Source of the DNA: Azolla caroliniana
Lineage: Eukaryota > Plantae > Polypodiophyta
Assembly (NCBI GenBank): GCA_043228905.1
Contig: JBHGNT010000008.1
Location: 12,462,001-12,526,000, forward strand
Length of the DNA: 64,000 nt
Reading direction: 5' to 3'
Shown here: positions 38,301 to 49,392 of the stretch, piece after piece
Layout of the letters: the number at the start of each line of letters is the position of its first letter
Position numbering within the stretch: the first letter of the stretch is position 1
Notes under the pieces: generated by a model
What the model was told of the DNA's origin: nothing
Database searches by the model: none
Seen by the model: only the letters and a program-made list of their open reading frames with translations
Position numbers and translations under genes: made by a program

Positions 38301-41233
38301 ACGAAGGCTTGGTCCTATCTATTTCTAGCTCGTTCGGAGCCTTTTGCGTAGTGCGACCTTTGACGCCTCTCTACCCCTGTTCGGCTCGATCCACCTTTGT
38401 TAGAATCGGCTCGTTTCTTCCATCACTCGCTCTCCTTGTGGCCTTTCTTGCCATAGTACCAGCAATCCGTCGCAGCCTTCTCTTGCCAGTGCAGCCATGA
38501 GTCCCCCTACTTCCGGAGGGTTCGGAACTACTTCCGAAATTTTGATTATGCCGCACGTTCTACTCTTTTCCACTGCCTCGACGTTCACGTTAACGGAGGC
38601 AAGAGAATCGCAGATTTCCTTGATTCGGGCCGTGTAATCGGCCACAAACAAATCTTTTTGTCGGACATTGTTGAGCTCCTATCTAAGCTGCAGCTTCTTG
38701 GCCGTTGTGCTCGTGGCGAAAATCCTCTTGAGAATCGCCCACACGTCCTTTGGCGTCTTGGCATCCCGAATGTAGTTGAAGAGTTGGTCGCTCACACAGG
38801 ACACAAGGCAGTACATAACTCTGCTTGCCGCCTGTTTCCAGGTCGCGAAGTCTCTGTTTGCCGATTCGGGTGCTATGTTGTTAGCTCCATCGACATAACT
38901 CTAGTAGCCATGCCCAAGCAGGTATTGGTGCATCCTGTATGACCAAGATGCATAGTTGCTTTTGTCTAACTTCTATGTAGGAAGTGAGCTAGCCATTCCT
39001 CTATCCATTCTTATTTCTCTTGAGTTCTTCACGGTGATATTTGTCTGTTTGTCGGCCGCAGAGGATTTCAAGCCTTACGCTCTGATACCATATAAAAGAA
39101 TAGCGTATGTGGAAGCGTAACAAACACAACCATGTAACACAAATGACGAAGAGAAGGTTTAATGGAAAGCTTTGAACCCAACACAACGTATGCAGAAGAG
39201 GCAAAGAATGAGAGAGAGAGTGAGCAGAACACACAAAACTAAGATTCAAAAATAACTCTCTGTCACTCTATAAAAGATGCGCTCAATGAACGCTTTTTAT
39301 ACAAGTCCTTATGGACAGACAAAAGTATTATCAGATTACTGACACATACTTCAATGCTCATTAATGAGCCTCCTACACTAACTCCCAAAATTATTCCTTA
39401 TGAGGAATAACACTCTAATGGCCTCTAGGCTTACGCACGGTTACGGCCTTTGTGCGTATGATTTTACGCACTCAGTCTACGCACTGGGTTACGCACCCGT
39501 TTACACACCTAATGTTGAGCTTGTATCTCAACAGAAGACAAAGCCATCAAAGACAGGGCCAATTCAACAAGAGTTGAACAAAGCCAAGTCAACAAGATGC
39601 GATTTGGGAACAAATCCGAGTCGACAAAGCCCATAGGGGAGAACGCCATGACCCCGTTGAAATCGCAGCATGGGGACGGGTCACCTAACAAGATTCTTGA
39701 CACAAATGATTCAACAAATAGCGGTCGACTGAAAGAGCCGATCAAAGAATCCGAACCACCTATCTCAGCACCCAGGAGATCTGAACGAGCTCGAAGGCCA
39801 ACAAAGTTCTATCAACCGGGCCTCGACTACATCAACTACTCGGATGCAGGCGAACCAGGCACATATGACGAAGCTATGGCCGCACCGGATGCCAACACAT
39901 GGCTGCAAGACATGAGATGTGAAATGGACCCAATTCACAAGAATCATACATGGGAGATGGTTGAATTACCAGCTAGAAGAAAGCCGCTACCTTGCAACTC
40001 GGTTTTCCGATACAAATATGTATATGACTTAAAGAAACTCAAGTACAAAGCTCGTCTTGTCGCAAAAGAGTTCAAACAAGAACTGGGGGTCAACTACGAT
40101 GAAATATTCTCACCAAGAGTGAAGTAAACCACCCTCAGACTCCTACTAGGAGTTGTGGTGACAGAACACCTAGACCTAGAGCAGCTGGATGTAAAGACTG
40201 CATTCCTACACGGAGATCTGGAAGAAGACATTTACATGTCTCAATCGGCCAACTTCACGGCGACGGGGGAGGAAAGTCACCTTGTATGTCGACTGAAGAA
40301 AAACCTCTATCGCTTGAAACAAGTGCCGAGGATGTGGTACCAAAAGTTTGACTCCTATATCAGACAACTTGGATACCGTCAATTCGACTCCGACCCATGC
40401 ATGTATGTTCCGCAATTGGCTGACAAGTCTAGGATTTACCTGATCCTATATGTCGACGACATGCTGATTACAGGAAGCATTCAAGAAGATATCGAAAAGC
40501 TGAAGCGGAGCCTTCACGACAAGTTTGCGATAGGAACTCAGACAAGCCCGTCACATATTGGGCATGAGGATCGAGCGAAATCAGATGACCAAGACTCTTT
40601 GACTCTCCCAATCTGACTATATCCGGAAGGTGCTGAGGCGCTTCAACATGGAGAATGCGAAGCCAATGTTAACACCACTTCAGACGTCGATTCAACTATT
40701 GGATACAGACTCTCCTTTAACAAACAATGAGAGAGAGCTTAATGGAAAGATGGCCTATGCATCGGCCGTAGGAAGTATCATGTATGCAATGGTGCCGACC
40801 CGACCCAACCTAGCCTACGGAGTGGTCAACTAGTACATGTCAAACCCAGGACGCAAGTATTGGGAAGCCCTCAAGCACATCTTCAGGTACCTAAGAGGGA
40901 CTGAAGATACATAGCTGACTTTCTGTTTGATAACCTCAGCCGAAGTCGAAGGCTACATTGACTCCGACTATGTCGAAAATATGGACAATCAGAAGGCAAC
41001 ATCTGGATATATATCTTCACCTATGGTGGTGGTGCTATATCATGGAGGTCAAAACTTCAAGAGTGTACGGCTCTGTCAACCACGGAGGACGAGTACATAG
41101 CAGCATCAAAGGTAGAGAAGGAAACAACCTGGCTGCACCGATTGTCTACCGACTTTTTAGCTACATGCCAAATCGACCGACCAATGCCGACCATCTATTG
41201 CGACTCACATAGTGCAATACACCTCATCAACAA

Positions 41234-41555
41234 TGTTAGCTGGCTGGCAAGGGTAGTCCAGAATGGGAAATGAGGGGATAATTAATAATCGGGAGCTGAT
41301 TATATATCTATCTAGAATTATTATGATTTGAGAAGTGAACAGACGGACATGGAATCGGTATGCCGATCCGGATCTAGACCAGTTCGTAGTCGGTTGCTGG
41401 TTGGCACCGGTTTGTACCTAAAACCGGAGACCTATAAAAAGGGCCTGGTTAGATTTTAATCATTAGTGGATAATTAATAGAGTGTTGTTGTTCTGTATTT
41501 AAATCATTCTTAATTATCGTTCTGTGCTAAGCGTAATTTATCCTACGTGTGTATT
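41234..41555 (+). repeat. LTR-like fragment truncating the Copia RNase H and hosting element B
   Basis: Abrupt TGTTAG start within Copia coding sequence, TATAAAA near 41432. No partner LTR seen. Confidence 0.45.
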
Positions 41556-44500
41556 TGTCAAGATTCGAACTCTTGACACGACCATGTTATAATCTAGTAT
41601 TATGAGTTAACCAAGATACCTAGTACTAGTTATGTATGTAATTGGTCCTTATTATTTTGCTAGCATCATGTGCATAGTTGCTCTCTTGTAGTATTTACAC
41701 TTGGCACATGCATGCATACCTACATGCTCTATTGTAGATTCACATGCGTGCAACAAGTATGCATGCCATGTAGTATAAATAGAGGAGTTCACCTTGAAGG
41801 AATTCAAGGTGAACAACACCAGTTATGGAGTCTTTCCTTTAATACTATCTTCTTTCTTGTCCATTTGGTTATCTTCTTGCTTGTCTCTTGAGTTTATGAT
41901 TCGTGACAGTTTGTTCACCTTCCCATCCTCATAGCTCTCCCTCTCATAAGCCATAGCTATGTCTGACTCAACTAGTGAGTTAGGCCAAATAATGGTAGCC
42001 TTACGACAACTACAGCTTGAAAATGAAGCTCTTCGAAATTCTTTACAAGAACTTCAAGTCGGTACCTCCCTATCCTCACAACCCCCGAACCCTAGTCTCC
42101 CACAACAACCTAGCCTAGAGCCCGATCTTCTACCAACATCTAGCCTAGCTTCGTCACAGTTTCTTGAGCCTAAGGTTAGCCTCCCAGAAAAATTTGATGG
42201 AACGAGGTCGCGTTTCCGAGGGTTCATCAACCAAGTTCGACTTATCATTCGGCTACAACCTCAACGTTATGGAGATGGTCTTCGACAAGTTGGCCTTGTG
42301 GGCACCCTTCTCTCCGGTCCGGCCCAAGCTAGGTTTGCACCATTGGTAGAAACCTCATCACCTTTATTGGAGGACTTTCCCGCCTTCCTCGCCGAGTTAG
42401 AGGCCACATTTGGCGAGACGGACCGACGACGTACAGCTCTTAACAAGATTTATGCACTCGAACAAGGTTCACATGCAACTTCGGTCTATGCTTCCGAATT
42501 TCGACAACTAGCATGCGACGTCAATTGGGATGATCAAGCTTTAGCTATTCACTTTCGGCGTGGTCTTCGAAGCAATGTCAAGAATCTTCTCTTAAACTTT
42601 CCGAAGCCCACCTCGTTATCCCAAGCGATTTCACAAGCAGTCCATTTTGACAATCGTCTTTTCGAATTTCGCCAAGAAGAGAGTCAGACTCGGGTTCCAC
42701 CTCATTCACTTCCACGCCACGCCCCGGTCATACAACCCCAAGAATCCTCACACTCGCCTACTACGGCAGATGCTCCTGTCCCCATGGAAATTGATCAAGC
42801 CCGATTTCGGCCATTAACTGATGTTGAATGACAATTTCGGCGGGCTAATGGCTTGTATTGTGGCGCCTCCGGTCATGTCGTTCGCCATTGTCCTAGGAGT
42901 ACTCGCCCACAATTCCATCGAGCTAACGGACCCCAACATCCGGAAAACGACATCGTTCGGTTGCAGTAGGAGCCATGCAACTGGACATCTCCCGTCGCCC
43001 ACTTTCTCTTGGTTCCATTGTCGGACCATCAGGCAATTTCACATTGGAGGTATGGCTTTCGTTTAACTCTAGTTCCATTCAGTCTGTTGCTTTACTTGAT
43101 TCTGGGGCATCTTCTTGCTTCATCGACGTCGCGTTTGCCCAAGCACATGGCATACCTGTCGTTGGCCTCTCAAAACCCATTCCAGTAGAAGCCATCGACG
43201 GGTGCGTCCTCTCGTCAGGTGCAATTACTCAAGCTACAATCCCATTAGGGCTTCGGGTGGGCTCACACCAAGAGGAGCTCACCTTTTACCTCATCACATC
43301 TCCTCGACATCCGATTGTCTTAGGACTAACGTGGTTGGAGGCGCACAATCCAATAGTGGATTGGTGCAACCGCTCGATCACATTTAGCAAGCCAAGATGC
43401 TCGTGCAAAAGTATGAAGCTAAATTCAGTTTCCTATCCTTCGGAGACGGTCGACTCCGAATTGACTACCCCATCATCGGTCCCGGATGGGTTTGTTTGTG
43501 GCGCCATTTCTAACACACTCCATGTTATTCCCGAAAAATACCAACACTTCTCCGACGTATTTGAAAAATGTAATGCTAATCGTTTGCCTGAACACCGGCT
43601 CTACGACTATCTGATTGATCTTCAAGAATGTGCGTGTCCACCCTTTGGTCCTCTATATGCGTTGTCTGCACCAGAGTTGAAGGCCCTTCGTGTGTATCTC
43701 GATGAGAACCTCGAGAAAGGCTTTATTCAACCTTCTAAGTCACCAGCCAGGGCCCCCATTTTATTTGTGAAGAAGAAGGACGGCTCTCTACGCTTATGCG
43801 TCGACTACTGAGGTCTCAACAAACTTACTATGCGCAACCGCTATCCGCTACCTCTGATCCCCGAACTCCTTGATCGGCTCCGAGGTGCACGTGTCTTCTC
43901 CAAATTTGATCTGCGTGGAGCGTACAATCTAGTACGCATCAAGCTGGGGGATGAATGGAAAACCGCATTCGAACACGGTATGGGCATTTCGAATACAAGG
44001 TAATGCCTTTTGGTCTTACTAACGCTCCCGCAGTTTTTCAACATATGATGAACGATATTTTCTGGGAATATCTTGATCTTTTTGTTGTCATTTACCTCGA
44101 TGATATTCTCATTTTCTCGCCAAACATGGAGGAGCACCCTCGCCAAGTCCGATTAGTTCTTGCCAAACTTCGCGAGCATGGCCTTTATGACAAAGGCGAG
44201 AAATGCGAGTTCGACCGTACCTCAATCGAATTTCTGGGCTACATCATCTCGCCCACTGGCATCACCATGGATATGAAGAAGGTCTCTATCATTCAGGCGT
44301 GGGCGACTCCAAGGCGACTTAAAGATGTGCAATCCTTCCTCGGCTTCGCGAATTTTTACCGTCGCTTCATCAAGGGGTTTTCCACCCTAGCACAACCTCT
44401 TATCACTCTCACCCATAAAGGCACTCCATTTTTATTGACCTCGGAGGCACAAAATGCGTTCGACTCACTCAAACACGCATTCATCACTGCCCCGGTGCTG

Positions 44501-46838
44501 CTACATGCCGACCCCACAAAACCCTTCCAAGTCGAAACCGATGCCTCTGACTTTGCCATTGGCGCCATCTTATCCCAGGCAGACGACAACAACCTAATGC
44601 ACCCAGTGGCTTACTATTCCCGAAAATTTACGGCATCTAAAATCAATTATCCCATTTACGACAAGGAGCTTGCTGCTATCATTGTTGCCTTTGAAGAATG
44701 GCGACCCTACTTGGCCGGCGCACAATATCATGTCCAGGTAGTGACTAATCATAAACATTTAGTTTATTTTTCCACCACTCGTACTTTGAATCGAAGGTAG
44801 GCCCGTTGGTCAACATTTCTCACCGACTATGATTTGGAGATCGTATTTTGACCTGGTGGCCAACATGGGAAGGCTAATGCCCTTTCTCGCCGAGCTGACC
44901 TTGCACTCCACCCTGGGGATGCTGCCTATGCTCAACAATCTAGACGTTTGTTGAAACCCGACCAATTGCATCTTTTTGCCACTTGTATGTTGCAGGATGA
45001 TTCTTTACTCCAACAAATCACTGATGCATCCAAGACCGATGCGTTCGCCAACGAGATTCGAGATAGTCTGCAAAACCCCTCCAAGGCGACCAAAAGGAAG
45101 GATCTTGACACCTTCACCATACAAGAGGGTTTGTTGTTCTGAGATCATCTCTTATACGTCCTAGAGGGCCCATGTCACACCCGGGTGTTGCGGGAATGCC
45201 ACGATGACCCACTTGCAGGTCATTTCGGGGTCGCGAAAACCCTCGAGCTAATCTCTCGGGGGTATTGGTGGCCACAGCCATGGAAGCTGGTCAATGAATA
45301 CATAAAGAGTTGTGAGGTTTGGGCTCGCTCCAAAGCCATTCATCATCGGCCATACGGCTTACTACAGCCGCTTCCATGTCCTCGTCGTCCTTGGGCCTCT
45401 ATCTCTATGGACCTGATAACTGATCTACCCTTGGTCAATAGCTATGACTCGGTGTTGGTCGTTGTCGATCGGTTTACGAAGATTGCTCACTTCACTCCAT
45501 GCTCCAAAACCATTTCCGGAGAAGGAATGGTGCATCTCCTACTCAACAATGTGGTACGCTTGCATGGACTCCCCGATGATGTCATCTCGGATCGCGGACC
45601 CCAGTTTGTCTCTCACTTCTGGCAACGCCTGCTACAAACTTTAGGCATCTCTGTCAAGTTGTCCTCCACTTATCACCCCCAAACTGACGGGCAAACGGAG
45701 CGTGTCAACCAAATCCTTGAGCAGTATCTTCGGTGCTCGGTTAGTTACCAACAAGATGATTGAGTCAACTTACTTTCGCTCGCGAAATTCGCCTACAATA
45801 ATTCTCTCCATGCATCGACTGGTGTCACTCCCTTCTTTGCCAACTACGGTTTACATCCTCGCTTCAACATTTCCCTTCCTACCACTTCCGTGAACCCTTC
45901 GGCGGAGGATCGCGCCCGCATTTTGGAAGAACTACATCATGATTTATCCTTGGAGATTAGTCTTGCTAGTGAACGATACAAGAAGCAGGCTGATCGCCGT
46001 GGATCTTCCACTCCACACTTTGTCGTTGGAGACATGGTCTGGTTGTTACGTCGACACATCTCTACTACTCGTCCATGTGCGAAACTTGATTACAAGAAGT
46101 TGGGACCATTCCGTATCATTGAGTGCATCAATCCTGTCGCCTTCCGGCTCGCCCTTCCATCCCACTTCCGGATTCACGATGTTTTTCATGTCTCCCTCCT
46201 CGAACCCCATTAGGCTTCACAACTCCCAGGACGTCAAGCCCCACCACCACCACCTGTGCAATTGACGACAGGGGAGGAATACGAGGTCGACCAAATCCTT
46301 GACTCGCGTTGGCACCATCGACACTTGCAATACCTCGTCCTATGGAGGGGTTACCCCATGTCTGAGGCCACATGGGAACCATCGACAAATTTACAAAATG
46401 CGCCAGAGGTCGTCCAAGATTTTCATCACCGATATCCCCACAAACCAGCGGCCGATTTGGGAAGGCAGCGTAAGAGGGGGGATAATGTCAAGATTCGAAC
46501 TCTTGACATGACCATGTTATAATCTAGTATTATGAGTTAACCAAGATATCTAGTACTAGTTATGTATGTAATTGGTCCTTATTATTTTGCTAGGATCATG
46601 TGCATAGTTGCTCCCTTGTAGTATTTACACTTGGCACATGCATGCATACCTACATGCTCTATTGTAGATTCACATGCGTGCACCAAGTATGCATGCCATG
46701 TAGTATAAATAGAGGAGTTCACCTTGAAGGAATTCAAGGTGAACAACACCAGTTATGGAGTCTTTCCTTTAATACTATCTTCTTTCTTGTCCATTTGGTT
46801 ATCTTCTTGCTTGTCTCTTGAGTTTATGATCCGTGACA
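41556..46838 (+). mobile_element. Full-length chromoviral (Tcn1/sushi-like) Gypsy element B, 353-bp LTRs 41556-41908 and 46486-46838
   Basis: TSD GTATT (41551-41555 / 46839-46843), about 6 LTR differences. Gag from 41959, PR LLDSGA, RT YLDD, INT, chromodomain YEVDQILD...YLVLWRGY...TWEP, PPT 46472-46485. Several premature stops. Confidence 0.95.
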
Positions 46839-46843
46839 GTATT

Positions 46844-49392
46844 GTGACTAATCGCCATATCTTTTGCTCCGATACTGACCTTAGCCAGTTCCCTATGAAC
46901 ATCGACGAGGGTTGCGTTTAATGGGGGTAGTTCAATTCCCATTCGGCGTATACCGACATTCCGATGTCTGCCTTCTCTGGCCAACACCTCCTCATCCTTG
47001 CTTTCTGTCGTTCTTGTTAGCGCGTGCTCAATCATTTGTTGTTCCGCGTGCTCCTTGATCATTCGTTGTGAGACCTTTATTTGTTGCGTCGCCAAAAATT
47101 CCATGAGTTCGTAAGTAGTTCCGAACTGTAAAAGTACGCCGAACTCATGGATTGTATCCGTAATGTCCGGATACGTCAGGACCTCGCTTTCCGCTATGAC
47201 TGGGCCATAATGATTTGCCGTGGTTCCCGGATTATTTCGAAAGTGGTGTTGGGCTCCGTAGCTACAGAACTATCGACTAAGGCAGTCGTGTCTATGTCCG
47301 CGATTGTGTCTTTGTCTACAGTTGTATCCTTGACTAATCTGCGCCCATCTTTCCTATCCAGCCTACACCGTTTTGGCCTTGGGCTTTCTTGGCGTGTTTC
47401 AGCCATCTGCTCCTGTGTGGTTTGTGTGATGGGCTGGGAAGGTTGTGGTTCGTCTTTTCGCAAAACATAGAGGAGGCGTTGGTTGGCTTGGTGTGGGCAG
47501 GAAGTCCGCGGGGTGGAAATAGTACCGTAGGGTATTGCTGAATAATTGGCCAGAGCTTTTTCCCATACTTATATGTGTATAGCCCTTCCCTGAGTGGTAG
47601 CCCCGTAATGACACCCCAATCCACAACTTTTCCCTCGAAGGTCTTGATAATGACCCCTACCTTTTTCTTAGGCATTCCATAAGCATTGACATGCACACAA
47701 CCAACCTCCAGGAGGAACTTGGCGACTTAGCGAAAAAATGCGTTTGGAATCTCCTTCGTCCTGTACGCCTTTGCCATTGTTGAATACCCACCGAAGTATT
47801 TTTCGAGCATTTCTGCAAGAGTGATGTCGAAGTGTTTTTCCCCAATTGCGAACAAGCCGAGTTTCTTCCGCACCGTGGCATTCATGACCGTGTCCACGTT
47901 CAATTTCTTGGCTATGTCCAATGCCTCAGGGTGCGGTGGCGTTTCGGTGACCCTGATATAGATAACCCTCAAATCCCTTTTCCAGGAGCCATCGGAAGAG
48001 GGTTGCAGAGATAACAATCGTCATTGGAAGTGAAGAGAGTTCGTGGGGGTTGGGCGATGTCTGTGGATTCTGGAAGGCTCGAGCTCTATGATTAGAGGAA
48101 GAGCAAGGGGAGTAGGAAGAGCAATGAGAGTGCGGAGATTGAGCAGAGTGAGGGGAGTGGTAAGAGCGATGAGAGTGAGAAGAGGTAAGGGTTGAAGATT
48201 GTTTTCTATAATATGCAAAAAACCTTCTATTTCCTTCTTTTTGTGCCCTAGGGCTCATTGGTCTGTGAGCCATCGTGGTGCCGCGTGTTCTTGCTCTAGA
48301 AGTTTGTGCATGCATCGAGTCCTTTTAATAGCGTCGCTATCTTCTCTCTTTTTTCTTTTTCTGTAACGGTTAAGTAGAATATTACTTTTACACTATAGTA
48401 CAAGTAGGTCTCTATAATTACTCCGCGGATTCTCCGGCTTTGTCTTGTCTGGCGGGGAACGGGTTAGGTGCCGTAAGCCCCAGGTAGGGTTTTAAGCGAA
48501 ACCCATTCACTTTTTGTCGTAGCACTTCTCCGGCCAAGGTGCAAAGTTGAAATGTGCCGTTTTCCGCTCCAAATATCCAATACGGGCCTATCCAGCAGAA
48601 TCTTAATTTTCCTGGCATTTGCCCCATGCGTGTTTGAAAAACTGACATTGTTTTCCCAACCGTAAAATCCTTTTCACGCGCATGTCGATGTCGTTCCACG
48701 AATGCTTTGCGCCGCCGCTACTCTTGTTCCAATATGGCCATACTGCGTAACCGTGTTTCACCTAGTTCTAGCAGTTGTTGTAGCCGTATTTGTTCGGATT
48801 TGTCCTATGGCAGCTGGTCTCGTACTTGAATCCATAGACTGGGTACCTGAAATTTGACTAGCATTACGGCCTCCAGCCCAAATGCTAGCCTGAAAGGCGT
48901 GGATTGTATGTTGGTCTTATTGTTGGTTCGGTATGCCCATAACGCGTTGTGCAATTTGGTATCCCAATTTGTTCTATTCTCATTGACTATCTTTTTAGGA
49001 TAGTTTGTAATGTTTTGTTCGTGGATTCGGCCAAGCCATTTTGCCTATGGGTAGTACGTCGTACTCTTTTCGTGGACCATGACGTAGTGCTGGGTCAGTT
49101 CGCTGATGACTGTATTCAAAAAGTGACTCTCGTGGTCACTGATGAGCTCAATAGGGTAGCCAAAACGACACCAGATATGTTCGTAAAGAAACTTCGCCGT
49201 GACTACCGCGGTATTTTTGCGTAGTGCTTTTGCTTCTACCCACTTGGTGTAGTAATCCGTAGCCACCAGGATATACTTATTGCCGGTTTGGGCAGCCACC
49301 GGTGTAAAGGGCCCCACAAAATCGAGCCCCCACTTTTGGAAAGGATCCAACGGCAACACCGGTTGATGTGGCATTCTCGCGATTTCCGTGGG
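46844..49392 (-). mobile_element. Gypsy 3' fragment: integrase followed by a degenerate extra ORF (~48020-46900)
   Basis: PFQKWGLDFVGP, TDYYTKWVEA, GKLRFCWIGPY...VNGFRLKPY; further same-strand coding pieces at 47727-48017, 47334-47696, 47194-47463. Confidence 0.75.

Larger units (their letters stand above)
27229..39533 (-). mobile_element. Full-length degenerate Copia, LTRs 39091-39533 and 27229-27662
   Basis: 5-bp TSD GAAGA (27224-27228 / 39534-39538), PBS at 39079-39090, WYVDS, LWHKRFGH, HSDVWGP, KSLYGLKQAPR, RNase H. Carries nested 28123-33804 and 34228-35326. Confidence 0.92.
24525..41233 (+). mobile_element. Degenerate Copia (5' LTR ~24525-24828, Met PBS 24831, gag-PR-INT-RT-RH), host of the 27229-39533 nest, 3' end lost
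   Basis: PBS TGGTATCAGAGC, WLLDSGATFH, LWHGRLGH, HIDICGP, QLDVKTAFLHG, LYVDDML. Confidence 0.85.
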
